A DNA stretch of 64,000 nucleotides, from the NCBI GenBank assembly GCA_000442015.1, contig KE561068.1, forward strand, positions 1 through 64,000. Direction: 5' to 3'. Both the position numbers and the translations under genes were made by a program. The DNA comes from Rozella allomycis CSF55. Taxonomy: Eukaryota. Of the stretch, positions 1 through 13,557 are shown in pieces; the first letter of the stretch is position 1; each line of letters begins with the position of its first letter. The notes under the pieces were generated by a model. That model saw only the letters and a list, made by a program, of their open reading frames with translations, ran no database searches and was not told where the DNA came from.

Positions 1-36
1 CCTCCCCGTCCAGTTAACGAGCACTGCGAGACTTGT

Positions 37-531
37 TTAATTAATATTAGAGAAATCTTCTATCTTCTTGAAAGATTGTTTGAAGATGAATATGATCCAG
101 TAATCTATGGCCGATAGGTTATCTGGATATCTATCGCGAAGAAAGTCTATCGAATAAAGAGCAAAATTCTTCAAATGAGCAAAGAGGTGTTGAAAAGGAT
201 AAAAGAAGAAGATTTCTCCAGCATCGTCAATCCATAATCCAGGGATATATCTTCTAAGTAATTCATGAATTAGTTGCCAAAATTGCCTTATTCCAACTTG
301 ACATTCGAAAAATCCGTGAAAAGGAGTGCCATTGAATTGATGACATCTCTGACAAATTCTTGATTGGTCTAATTCAAAATGAAAAATGATAATATAGACC
401 CCGTTTTTATACCTATTAGCTACAATTATCCAATATAGAACTTGATGTTTAACTGGTCTCTTCTTATCCCAAATCTCTATATGTTGATTGTCAAAAATAA
501 GAGATATAGTAGAATTTTGACTTTTCTCCAA
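37..531 (-). CDS. hypothetical ORF (no ATG, possibly a fragment)
   Basis: 164-codon open frame in AT-rich DNA; no recognised motif. Confidence 0.25.
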   Translation of the reverse strand: MEKSQNSTISLIFDNQHIEIWDKKRPVKHQVLYWIIVANRYKNGVYIIIFHFELDQSRICQRCHQFNGTPFHGFFECQVGIRQFWQLIHELLRRYIPGLWIDDAGEIFFFYPFQHLFAHLKNFALYSIDFLRDRYPDNLSAIDYWIIFIFKQSFKKIEDFSNIN

Positions 532-536
532 AAGGA

Positions 537-610
537 TGCTCCCAGCAGGGGTCGAACCTGCGGCCTTCGCGTTATTAGCACGACGCTCTAACCAACTGAG
601 CTATGGGAGC
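537..610 (-). tRNA. tRNA-Ile(AAU), copy 1
   Basis: Reverse complement GCTCCCATAGCTCAGTTGGTTAGAGCGTCGTGCT-AAT-AACGCGAAGGCCGCAGGTTCGACCCCTGCTGGGAGCA folds as a cloverleaf with A and B boxes and is followed by TTTT. Confidence 0.97.
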
Positions 611-654
611 TGCTGCCACATTTTTGGTGGCATAGTTAAATTGATAACCACTGC

Positions 655-1817
655 ATGACAATACGTACCTTATCATGCACAATATTTTAGTTCCCGTTAA
701 AGTAGTTATAACTGGTGCTGCAGGGCAAATAGCTTACTCTCTTTTATTCCATGTTTGTTCGGGCCAAATCTTTGGAAATGACCAAGTAAGGTTCATGCGT
801 TTCTGATACTTGAAAATCGATTTATATTTGCTAGAAATACCTTCCATGATCAGCCAGTTAGAAGGAGTTAGAATGGAACTAGAAGACTGTGCATTTCCTT
901 TACTTAACCGTATTGATAAATAATGACATTTTTTCAGAACTATCGATAACGGATAATCTTGAAGAAGCGTTTAAAGATGCAGATTATGCCTTTTTAATTG
1001 GAGCTCTACCGAGAAAGCAGTAACAATTAGCAGCGACCAAGATTTCTTAGAGGTATGGAGAGAAAAGACTTGCTAAAATCAAATGCTTCAATTTTCCGTA
1101 ATCAAGGTCTTGTCATAGATAATGTGGCCAAAAAATCTATTAAGGTATTAAAAAAACCCATGATTTGTAGATTTTGGTAGTAGGTAATCCCGCCAATACA
1201 AATGCGTATATTTTGAACAAGTCAACGCCTTCAATACCGTCTAAAAATATATCTGCCTTAACCCGCCTAGATCAGAATCGTGCCACGTTCCAAATAAGCA
1301 AGACTTTAGGTGTTCCGGTAAGTAAGATTCAGAATGTCGTGGTCTGGGGAAACCACTCTAATACCCAATTCCCGGATCCGAAACACGCCCTTTTTGATGA
1401 TGGCCGCCAAGTTTGGCCTATTTTAAAAGCAAAATTTGACGAGCCGAATTTTATTGAAACTGTACAGAACCGTGGAACGGATGTTATCAAAGCCAGAAAA
1501 TTGTCATCTGCCATGAGTGCCGCCAAAGCTTGCGCAGATCATATGAGGGACTGGTGCTTAGGAACAAAACAGGTACCAAAAGTAAAATCGTCTGTCCAAC
1601 TTAGGGTGAAATAGTATCAATGGCTGTAGTGTCCAATGGAAACATGTATGGTATACCTAAAGATATCGTATTTTCTGTTCCAGTAACTTGCAATAATGGA
1701 GAATGGAAACTTGTTGAAGGGATTGAACTAGATTTTAGTTCAAAAAAGTACTTTGAAAGTACTTTGAACGAGCTAAAACAGGAAGCGTTAGATGCAGAGT
1801 TTGTGTTTCAAGAATGA
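655..1817 (+). CDS. MDH1: cytosolic-type malate dehydrogenase, 6 micro-introns
   Basis: Spliced product contains [53 protein letters not shown] and [13 protein letters not shown]. Introns are 26-32 nt; intron 786-812 reads GT..TG. Confidence 0.95.
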
Positions 1818-1903
1818 TTGCTTAATTAAAGATTGGTTTTTATGCTTATTGATTTTTGTCCGTCTTTATCATTTTATCTTTNTTTCTAAAACGGGAATTT
1901 TCG

Positions 1904-3403
1904 ATGCGCGCAATCCTAAATGCCCGACAATTAAAAAATCAAAGTAAAAATTCATTTACAATATAATTAAAAGTATACTTACCTTCTCTAAACGAAGGGC
2001 CTTATTTGCAATTTGGTTTGGATAAGGTTCTCTTCACAAAGGGAGTCCATAAATTGAAAGAGAAGGGTGAATATAGGTTTCCACAATACCTAGAAAAACT
2101 ACCTCCAAGAGATAATATTAATATTGAAAACTTCAGCCATTTTGTTCACAGTTCGAATGATTCGGTATAAAGATTATTAAAGATACGATCTAGAAGTTGC
2201 ATGGAATTGCGAGAAAACTTGAGACCGAATATGTTACTTCAACATCTTCAATAACTTCAGCATTATCAATATTATATCTCGCCATTTCTATGCGAAGGAA
2301 GCCTGACATGTTGTACCTTTCCAAAGACTATACTTTTGAACCTAGACGATATACTAACAGAGTATTCTCACCAATAAGCATTATTGTAAATCCCTTACAA
2401 GGAGGTTTGACTAACATTCAATGTGAAAGGACATTTTCTAATAACATTTTGACCGATATGGGACACGTGTTTGAAAAACTAGTCGTTACAACCGAAGAAG
2501 AGTTTTCCAAAATATTGAATTTTAAAGAAGAACCGAAATCTAACCATAATTATGTTTATAATCAAGTAGGTCTTAGATTTATCAATTGTCAGGCGGGTTC
2601 GTTTCTGATACGGTCACAAATTGATTGTCAACACGAGAAATTGCAATATCACCGATTTGATATCAAATCAAGGGCCACATTTCCAATTAGATTTGACAAG
2701 GAAAACTATTCAGTACATTAAAGATTCCATAAATGATAGAAATATTTCGGTTATGAATTAAGGAAGGATAAGGGATTATATAATTCGTTTGAAAAAGAAT
2801 ATTACGACATGCATAGATCAGCTATGCTTAAATATTAGTAAGGATGTCTCACTATCCGTTATTAGTTTTCAGGTTAGATTGGGCCATATGGATGGAATAT
2901 TTGTTATCTATCACAGTGTTCGAAATATATTTGGATTCCAATATATATCTCGAAATGAAATGGAAAAAAGACTATTCGGATCGTCAAAAATTGCGCAAGC
3001 TTATTACTCTTTGACTATTCTGGCTCTGGAGAACATTTTCAACACGTTAAATTTAAACAGCGGTAAAAAGAGAAGAGTAATATTTGCTCTTGATGACTGT
3101 GTTTTGAAAATAATCGAAGAACAAGTCGATACTGAAACTAATCTTCCCATCGGTACTACAAACGTACATTCTGTTAACTTTACAACCTTCAATCAATTAA
3201 CGAAAATCGACGAAGCTTCAAGTATTATGAAAATTAGAAATGTTAATGACATTTCTATTGAATGTAATATTACAAAAAATGTGGAATCAAATACTTCCGT
3301 GAACTATGACGCAACAAGAAGACTTGCAGTTGACGGTAAACCTTCTTATATTAATGCTTCATTTTTAAACAAGTTGGAAAAATTATCAAGATTTTCACAA
3401 TAA
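1904..3403 (+). CDS. PET127: mitochondrial RNA-processing exonuclease Pet127-like, 5 introns
   Basis: GLDKVLF, STSSIT, FLIRSQIDC..FDIKSRA..IRFD, SFEKEYYDM.RSA.LKY, QVRLGHMDGIFV.YH...IFGFQYI match Pet127 motifs. Confidence 0.85.
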
Positions 3404-3456
3404 ACATACTTTCATATTACAATAAAAATATTTCATGTAAAAATATATCATAAAGT

Positions 3457-3530
3457 TGCTCCCAGCAGGGGTCGAACCTGCGGCCTTCGCGTTATTAGCA
3501 CGACGCTCTAACCAACTGAGCTATGGGAGC
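3457..3530 (-). tRNA. tRNA-Ile(AAU), copy 2
   Basis: Identical 74-nt sequence to 537-610. Confidence 0.97.
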
Positions 3531-3616
3531 TGTTGTGGAAAATTCAAGGCAGCGCTAATGAATACGACAAGATAATGACATATTGTGGAGTATAATAGAA
3601 ATTTATTTAGTGGTAT

Positions 3617-4199
3617 TCATTTCAATAAAGACCTAGCTAATTGTTCTTTAGCCATTGCTAAAGCTCTCGAGATTGACTCTTCCGTTAAACTGATTTCAAT
3701 AGATGAGTCGCGTCCTTTAATAAGTTGGCTAACGGTATCATATAGAACATTTGGATTTCCCTCCAACAAAATACCATCGTCTATCAACTCATCCAAAACC
3801 AGCAGCACCAGATCTAATTGATCGACTATTGATTTCTTTGAAAATTGATTTCTTGTTATTTGAATCAAAATACATTACTTTATCAATTTTTGAAGGACGT
3901 TTGTTAGACAGACAATGATATTTTCCAGCAATAGTTCGTTTTCATCAGCTGCACCAACGACGTATACAAAAACGTCTCCAATATTTCTGTATATCACGAT
4001 TCTGTTATCCAAAAACAAAACATCTTCTACCGATGACTATAATAGCGTTCTAGTTACCAAAAACTTTGCGAGACTTTGCAAAGAGAGACTTTTCAAATTC
4101 TACGGTTACCGAATCAGAGTAGTATTTGGATAGAATTCTTTTGCCGTCTTCATCAAGAAAGATTATTGCTTGGACGGAATATAGAGATAGGGGTGACAT
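3617..4199 (-). CDS. RET3: coatomer zeta subunit, 2 introns
   Basis: MSPLSLYSVQAIIFLDEDGKRILSKYY ... LVLDELIDDGILLE ... AKEQLARSLLK. Confidence 0.92.
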
Positions 4200-4359
4200 T
4201 TTGGAAAATTGGCAATTGAAGTTATCGTGTTATCGAATTATAAATATCACGGAACATCACGAAAATAGACAATTTATATGCTTTTAAATTACTAAAGTTA
4301 TCTGATTTGATATTTTAATTTTGCATTTTTTGTCTCCCTTAGTTTTGCAAAGCCACAAA

Positions 4360-6352
4360 ATGGAAAATTTTGACAAGACTGTTGAGTACCCTGACCTTGA
4401 AGAGAAATATAAAGTTGAACAAGAGACTGGTTATGATAACTATGTTGTTGTGATTGGACTTCCTATTGTTGAACCAGCGAAAAAGGATAAGTTGTTTGCT
4501 TACATCAAAGCAAAAGTGTCGCCCGTATTCGCTGAAGCCAAGGATGCGTTAATGCCATTTACTGATGGAAAGTCTCACGGTGCGTTGTTTGTGGAATTTG
4601 AAACGGCCGAATTAGCGAACAAGTTTAGCAAGGCTGCTGATAATTTTCGTTTTGACAAAAACCATACTTTGACTGCAAACGTTATGACTGAGGTGGATAG
4701 AATTATGAACATGGAAGAAGAATTCAAAGAGCCGGAAATGCCAGAGTATGAAGAAAAGGGAAACATGAAGGAATGGCTTCTTGATGAGTTGTCTCGCGAA
4801 CAGTTTTCTTTTGTCAGTGGGAATAAGCTTAATGTAAAGTGGTACATTGGAGATCAAGCTGAGATTGCCTTTGAACAAAAAGTAAGTCAGTTAAGTTTAG
4901 TGAAATAGAATGTTGACAAGTATGTTTGGAGTCCCCTTGGAACGTATTTGGCAGGAAGAACCCAAACTCATGTTGTGATGTGTGGTGGAAGTGGATTTAA
5001 ACCTGTGTTGACATTCCATCATCCAAAGGTTGTTTCCTTTGAGTTTTCACCAATGGAGAATTATTTGATAACATATTCTAATTCAGAGTCTGAAGAGTAT
5101 CAAACTTTTGTTTGGGATGTGAGAACTGGACAGAAGATTAGAGGATTTAAGGGGGCAACAAGTTTCAAGTTTTCATATAACGATGAATATGTCGCCAAAG
5201 TTCATGACAAGGCTGTGTTTGTTTATAAGACTGAGACTATGGAGTTGCTTGAAAAGAAGAGTATTAGAATGGGAGAAATAGCTGATTTTGAATGGTCGCC
5301 TGTCGCTAACATTATTGCGTTTTGGTCTAGAGTTGAACCAAACGTGCCTGCTCGTATTGTTTTAATGAAGATTCCTACAAGAGAAATAATTCGTTCAAAG
5401 AATTTATTTAACGTTGAAAAAGTAAGCATTTGTATTAAGAATTATAAAGTGTTCAATCTATTGGCAAAACAAGGGTGAATTTGTAGCATTTAAAGTTGAT
5501 AAACTTCAAAAGAAATTGACTACTTTTAATCTTGAAATATTTAAAATTACCGAGAAAGATTGTCCAGTAGAGATGATTGATCTTTCTTCAGATATTTCTG
5601 ATCTAGCATGGGAGCCTGAAAGAAGTCGATTTGTAACTTCTACAATCGTTGGAAGAAAAACAAATCTCTCTCTTTATGAGTTACAAAATGGTTCATTTAA
5701 ATTGATTAGAACTTTTGAAAGAGGCTTAATTCATAGAGTGTTTTGGTCACCAAAAGGAAGGTTTTGCATCTTTGCAGGCCATGAAGATTACGATGCCATC
5801 ACTGAATTTTGGGATCTCAATACTGATAAATCAAAAATTAAAATGTTAATATCCCTTGCATGTCCTTCTTCTGGTATCCTTTGGGAAGCGTCTGGTAGAT
5901 TCATTGTATCTTATTGCTCATCTGCTAAACTTAAAGGAAGCATGGGTTTTAAAATTTATGATTTCAAAGGATCTTTGCTCTATCAAGAAGGCGTTACTGA
6001 ATTTTCTTCTTTTGCTTGGCGTCCTCGCCCACCAACAACTCTACCTGAAGATCAAATAAAAGAAATCAAAAAGAATCTCAAAACCTACTCTGATAAATTT
6101 GAAGAAGAAGATAGACTTCGTTCTGATAAAGCTTATCGCGAAGTGGTTGAAAGACGCTCTAGACTTAAAAATGAATGGTTCTCATGGTTCAATGCCGCCA
6201 AAAAACTTTGGGATGAAAGCAAATCTGAAAGGATTGCTTTGTTTGATGGAATTGATTTCGATGAAGCTGCTTCTAATGACAGTGTTTTAGAAGATTGGAA
6301 TGAAGTAGTTATCAAAGAAACTATTGAACCATATCAACCTCCAAATCAATAA
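4360..6352 (+). CDS. PRT1: translation initiation factor eIF3 subunit B, 2 introns
   Basis: N-terminal RRM (VVIGLPIV, FDKNHTL), WD-like WSP repeats, RSKNLFNV, FAWRPRPPT, IKKNLKTYS. Confidence 0.93.
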
Positions 6353-6444
6353 ATTTAATTCAGTTATTTATATATTTTAATTCAATTCAAGACTTTTTTT
6401 GCTTTTAAAATCTCTAGGGGAAATCTTCATGTGAAATTTCTGGA

Positions 6445-8282
6445 ATGTCAGACGTGGACGTGGACGAGATATTAAAGAAATTAGACATTGATGACGGCAC
6501 TAACATCGACTGGGATGACGAAAAAGATGGAAAAGACCCAGAATTATTGGCTGAATTGAAAGAACTTCTTGGTAAGGAACCAGTAGTTCCTGAGCTGCAG
6601 TTAAGTGATAGTATTGATATATCTGGTGAAAATTTAAATCTTGAAGGACAAATAGTCGACGAAGAAGAAAACACTATTTCAGAGGGGGTAGACTTTAAGA
6701 TTGAAACGTCGACTCAAGAACAAACGATTCGTTTGGAGACTTCATCTGAGACTAGAATTACAGAGTCCGCTGATTCCAATTATCTTCCTATCGAAGAAAA
6801 ACTTAAATGCACGGACAAACAGATATTGGAAAAATATATTCGATTGGAGCAAGTCAAAGCAGTGCAATTTAAACAAGCTGGTAATAAACAAAACGCTATA
6901 GAATGTCTTAAAAACTCTAAACTATTAAAAAGCCGTTTGATTGAGATACAATCAAATATGGCTGAAAGTTTGCCGGCGCCGCAACAAAGGAAGAGCAGCT
7001 CAGATGAAAAGAATAACGTTGCAGAAACCAAATTGAAATCATCGCAGCCGTCAACCTCTCCAGTATTTGATCAGATCAAAGACATTTTAAAGTCGCAGAT
7101 TTCTTTTTGTAAAGAAAACACCAACCCTAAATTTGGAGAGCTGATATTGCTATTTCAAAAAGACTTAACACGAATTCTTGGACTTGAAAGAAATGGGTTG
7201 TCATTACCTCCATTCCTGTACAAGGACGTGGATGTGACATATGAACAATGTTACACGGACATGCCCTTAAATGAACTGAAGCTAGAAATTCGTAGTGTTT
7301 CCGGTCTCTATTTTAAGGATAATGGAAGCGTCATACCAGCATGTCCGTATTTTAACGTGGAATTTCCCTATCCTGAATCTCAAAAGGCATCATCTCCCGT
7401 GTTTAAACAAAGTAGTTCATTTGGTAATAAAATAACATGGAATTTATTGAATAGAACCCAATTATTCCAAGACTTTTGTGATTGATAGATCTAAGGCATT
7501 TAAGAGGTTCACAGAACGAAAAAAGTTGACTGTTGAGTTTTTCCATTACAGAGGATTTTTTAGAAAATCTGTTTCTATTGGCAAAGTGGTTATTCCCTTG
7601 AACACTTTGAACAAGAAAGCCTTAATTCACGAAGCGTTTCAAGTATGTATGCTTCTTTTTCGTATTGCTAGTTAATTGGTGCTGATAGAAAACCAACTGG
7701 AGCGATTATTGACATTATAATAAAAATACGCGAACCATTAGATGGAAATGTAGCAATTAATGAAACAAAACGATTTCTTTTTCTGCAGGAAAACGATCCT
7801 ATCAATTTGCCGAATTTTGCTTTGAATAGCAAACCTGAAATTATCCGACAGAAAAGCGGCAAGGAAGATAAGAAAAAACAAGTGAATGCATCTTGGGATA
7901 TCGAGATGGATGAACAACTCTTTGAGTAAGGTGCAATTAATCAAGATATTTTAGCATTGGTCGTTTTGAAAGCAATTTATTAATGGAAAAAGAAATTGAA
8001 AGAATTGATGCCTTAATAATAAACAATCGTGGAACTGCACCAGAATGTCTGGAGGATCGCAAGCAGCAACTTCAGATTAAGATAAACATGCTTGTTCTTC
8101 AAGTTCAAACTGGTAGCTTAACCTTGGACGAGTATATGAAAAGAGTTAACAGACAAATAGAGATAGAAAAACGGTGTGCTTTGGAATACAAGAAGGCTAA
8201 CAAAATTCAGCATGCCACGATGTGCATGTGGAGAATAAAAATAATGAAGGGTGAAATTGATGAGGTAGTGTCGCAACAATAA
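6445..8282 (+). CDS. coiled-coil and C2 domain protein (CC2D1/Lgd-like), 3 introns
   Basis: DPELLAEL, DM14-like AVQFKQAGNKQNAIECLK, C2 domain (FPYP, KKLTVEFFHYRGFFRK, DRKPTG..IKIREPL), C-terminal LQVQTGSLTLDEY. Confidence 0.7.
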
Positions 8283-8321
8283 TAAATAAAACATATTTAA
8301 CTCATCCAAATGTTTGATTTA

Positions 8322-8720
8322 TTAAAGGTTGTTTTTAATTGTTTCTTCGAGCTTTTTAACATCTGCACCTACAACTTCTGCTACCTTGGCTCCTTTCTTA
8401 TAAAATTGAAATGTTGGCATTCTATTTAAGATTTTTGATCACAATTACGCTCTGATTCCACATGAAGCAGCAACATCCTAACATTACTATAACAAAACAT
8501 TTTTACAGCTACTTGATCTACATCAACTTTGATGAAAGTAGCAGCGCTATAATCATCCGAAAACTTTTGGAATTTAGGTGCGATAATTTTACATGGACCT
8601 AGCTCAACAAGTTATCTGTTTTATACCACACCATTCTGCAAAAAAGTCGACAACGACTAAATTGTCCTTTTTAATAAAGGATTCGAATTCGCTAGTGTTG
8701 GTAACGTGATGTACTGGCAT
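8322..8720 (-). CDS. TRX1: thioredoxin, 3 introns (absent from the ORF track)
   Basis: Spliced VVVDFFAEWCGPC ... KVDVD ... AMPTFQFYK ... VVGAD. Confidence 0.93.
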
Positions 8721-8970
8721 TTTCTTTAACAAGGGTTACCAGAAAATTGGCAAAGTGTATTTTATTTCTTTTTTAATTCAAATTATTACATATTGCTGAT
8801 TGTAGATCGGGAAAGAGATGGAGTCATTGAGATTCAATATTATTCGAAGGTGATGGGCTCGGCAAAGTATTCTGTTCTTACCCTAAATGGATGATTTCAA
8901 TTTTTTATAAAATATTTTATTAAGTAAAATACTTCATTCACAAAGCCATAAACCCAACAACAATTTCCCT

Positions 8971-9283
8971 CTACGAGTAATTTTCCGCTTCTCTCCTAGT
9001 TGCATCTTGTAACAACTCTGTGTCCACTGCTTCAACAGGAAGGGCGACATATCTAACTACTGATCCACGAATAAATATATTTCGCACACTCCAAAGGTGT
9101 GGATACTTTTCCTTTTCTAGAACTTCTATATCATCAAGTTTTAGGTTTAAAAATTGATCAACAGAGTTAAGTACACCCTTTATCGCGATATCATTCTTTA
9201 GTTCGATCGTAATTTTCTTTCCTATTAATGTTTTGAAGAAACTGTAGAATAACTAGTGAAGGCGAACAAAGTGAGATTACCAT
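8971..9283 (-). CDS. LSM2: Sm-like protein Lsm2, intron directly after ATG
   Basis: M|LFYSFFKTLIGKKITIELKNDIAIKGVLNSVDQFLNLKL ... FIRGSVVRYV ... LLQDATRRE. Confidence 0.95.
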
Positions 9284-9427
9284 AGGATTTGGAATTTTCC
9301 TCAATCGAAAAATTGGCTATCAAAAGTTGCGCCCAAATAAACTTGATATTTTCGTATTTAATTAAATAAAGTCTCTTTATTTCGAATGTAAACAACCACC
9401 AGAATGAACAGAATGTATTCTTCAATT

Positions 9428-9815
9428 TCAATCATCTAATTCGTTCTCTGATGAACTTGTGCTAATATCCTCGTCAACCATTAATGGCATCCCTTTTTGT
9501 TGCTTAATTTTGTCGCGCACGTAATCACGTATTACGTTCATAGTTTCTTTTTCCAAAATTTTCATTCGTGATTGAATGTCTCTCTCTAAATCCCAAGTAA
9601 CTTTTTTTGGGGCTAGCTGGGTTAGATCAACCTCATTTAGTAATTGTTTTCCTTTTATTTCAGCTTCCTTCAAGATTTCTTCTGCAACGTCTTGAACTGT
9701 CTCACTAGTATTGAAATTTTCGGATGTATTAGCACTATATTCAATATATTTTAATTATTTACTTTCCTTTTATTCTTGAAAGGCGCTTTAAGGCCTCTTC
9801 TTCCAGAGAATTCAT
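9428..9815 (-). CDS. spliceosome-associated CCDC12/Cwf18-like protein, 1 intron
   Basis: MNSLEEEALKR ... EVDLTQLAPKKVTWDLERDI resembles the cwf18 motif DL.NLAPKKP.WDLKRD. Confidence 0.8.
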
Positions 9816-10224
9816 TCAGAGATTACAAGGGTTGCGCTCTATGTCTGTATCCATACAAGATATACTTTGAATGCAATGAATAGATCTTAATAAATTTATT
9901 TAGGGTTATTTATGCAAGTCTCCTCAGAATAATTGACGAATTTCGTTTTGCGACACTTAGTTTTATGGATAACTTTTATATTGATATTATATACATTGGA
10001 TACTGCATGTGCCATGCGATACTTTAAGAAAAGCCGTAAAATCATCCATATCCCCAGTTGATTTCACACAGAAAGGGGAAATTACAAACTTTTGTTCTCC
10101 TTCAAAAAGGGATAAACCAATGGCCATGGTCTCTATTACAGACATTATACCATGCAAAGAAAAAACAACAAAAAAATTCAATATATATTCTGAATGCTGG
10201 TTTTAATGAATGAATAAAGTTTAT

Positions 10225-11293
10225 TTAATCAAAGAGGCCAAATCCCATATCTTCATCACTCTCTTCCTTTTCTTCGACTTTTTCTTCAACCTTGGTTTCA
10301 GCGGCAGCAACTGGAGCAGCTGCAACAGCGAATTTAGATGGATCAGCTAAGTATTCTTTCATCTAAAGGTTAGAAACTGAATTCAAAACAATTGTTGAAT
10401 AAAAATGTGTTCAGTAAAAAATTAGAGTATTTGAGTTATCATGGACTCTCACTTTAATTTTTTCATCACAACAAATATATAGAAAAATAAAAAATGCCTA
10501 CCTTCTCAGCTAATGGGAATGAATAATCAGTGACAGCAGCGATGGCAAGAATGTTCTTGTATGCATTGATAATGTGGTGAGGAACGGAAGCAACACTTGG
10601 AACCTTCAATTGCATAGAAAGAGCAGCGATGTTTCTAATAGCAGATGTGAGATACTCCAACAAAGTTTCATCAGTAATATCAAGGATATCTGCTCCAAAG
10701 ACGGCACCATGGTCATAAACTTGAACAACTTCCAAACCATAAGTGAATGGAGACACATTCATCATGTTAAGAAGAGTTGCTTCGGAAGCTCCAACTTTAG
10801 TTCCGGCTTGAATCAAGTTGACTTCACTGATAATTTCAATAAGACCTTTGGTAATCTTGGTTGGAATTCCGAGTGCTTGAAAGAAAGAAGTCTTTCCAGG
10901 TTCCATTCCAGTGTTACCTGCAGGAATCTTGACATTGCAGGGAGCGACAGCTCCTGCCTTAGCCGGAGCTTTAATACGATAAGAAATAACTTTATCGCGA
11001 ACTTCCTTCAAATCCCCGTTGGTAAAAACAAAACCAACATTTCCCTTGATAAAAGGAAGGAGTTTTTCAAGTGCTGGGTTTTCAACCATCAAACCACGAA
11101 TAGCTTTGCGGACCATGGTATTTTTTCCCATAAGAACAATGGCTTCACCACGGACAGACTTTCTAATCAAGTGCATTTGGTTGGATCCAACATTATCAAC
11201 GCTGACAACAAGGACACGAGAATAATCTTGAAAAAGATTGTTCAACTTTAGAAAATATTCGGCTTTGCGTGAATGACTATCTCCCTTTGACAT
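10225..11293 (-). CDS. RPP0: 60S acidic ribosomal protein P0 (uL10), one 139-nt intron (10363-10501)
   Basis: [40 protein letters not shown]-terminal [12 protein letters not shown]. Confidence 0.97.
10406..10473 (-). ncRNA. candidate intronic box C/D snoRNA
   Basis: C box GTGATGA (10463-10469), D box CTGA (10411-10414) and short terminal stem TGTT/AACA. The guide before the D box is complementary to the conserved 18S segment AAAAAAUUAGAGUGUU. Confidence 0.8.
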
Positions 11294-11415
11294 CTTATTT
11301 TTCAGTGGCAAGGGGCTGCTAAGAGTTTAAAGAATAGTCTAGAGTAAAGAGTATTTAGCATTCGTACCAAAAATGACAAGGGTCTTTCTCTTGAAAAAAA
11401 AATTTAACGAAGCGT

Positions 11416-11431
11416 TTGTGAAATTTCACAA
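11416..11431. promoter_or_regulatory. 16-bp palindrome TTGTGAAATTTCACAA between divergent RPP0 and Rab5
   Basis: Perfect palindrome containing the GAAATTTC core that recurs near many start codons. Confidence 0.45.
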
Positions 11432-11680
11432 TGGTTGATTAATGTATTTGAATACATTCTTTTGAAAGATAATAGTTGATAATATTACATGCACTTATTG
11501 CATCTTAAAATTTGAAAACAATTACGAACTTGATATTCGCTACTAAAGAATTGGATAGAGATATCATCACAATTCTTGAAAAACGCATACCATTTTTATA
11601 TGAAAATTTGTCTTTTTAAATAAATCTATTTTTGATAGTCACATTTTTAGTCCAAGATTGAATATTCAAGCTGCGCCACA

Positions 11681-12478
<798 letters not shown>

Positions 12479-12628
12479 ACCTAATAAAGGATGGAATATC
12501 AAATTATTATTATATTTTTAGACCCCCTTTTAGTTTTATTTTTTCTCTTATAACTTCTTCAAAATTTCTTTTAGCTTAGATATCAACTTGTTTACTTATC
12601 ATCACCCCTGCAATTGGAGCACTAACCA

Positions 12629-13201
<573 letters not shown>

Positions 13202-13307
13202 AAGTTTACATTTGGTTGCCAAAAATTATGAATATATATTCCATTAAGGTTCTTAAAAATGATATGATCGGATTTAATGTTAAAGTTTACCCAATTGCTC
13301 AAAAGAT

Positions 13308-13380
13308 CGCCCCGCCTGGGGATCGAACCCAGAACCTTGCGGTTAAAAGCCGCACGCTCTACCGATTGAGCTAACAGGGC
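13308..13380 (-). tRNA. tRNA-Lys(UUU)
   Basis: Reverse complement GCCCTGTTAGCTCAATCGGTAGAGCGTGCGGCT-TTT-AACCGCAAGGTTCTGGGTTCGATCCCCAGGCGGGGCG. Confidence 0.96.
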
Positions 13381-13557
13381 TGAGACGTGGAATATAAAGC
13401 TAGACTATGACCATACATGTCTTTATGCTTAACCAATTAAACTATCCTACACTATCATATAAATATTGCCAAAGTTTGAATATTGATTGTTTCTACATAT
13501 TATGATCTACTTAAATCATAACGATACCCAATACCCCTGTCTACCGATTCATCAACA

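Noticed and set aside
786-812. TGA readthrough instead of GT-TG splicing (also 11930-11956)
   Set aside because: It would insert 9 residues into tightly conserved motifs; both segments start with GTAAG and have the modal intron length.
8790-8895. Less AT-rich patch between TRX1 and LSM2 as an snRNA or RNase P/MRP gene
   Set aside because: I could not identify conserved boxes or a convincing fold.
9987-10206. Short ORFs on both strands
   Set aside because: No recognisable homology and no reliable start or exon structure.
10574-11251. 225-aa antisense ORF over RPP0, and similar shadow ORFs over HSP60, dynein and TOR
   Set aside because: Explained by codon bias of the sense gene; no independent motifs.
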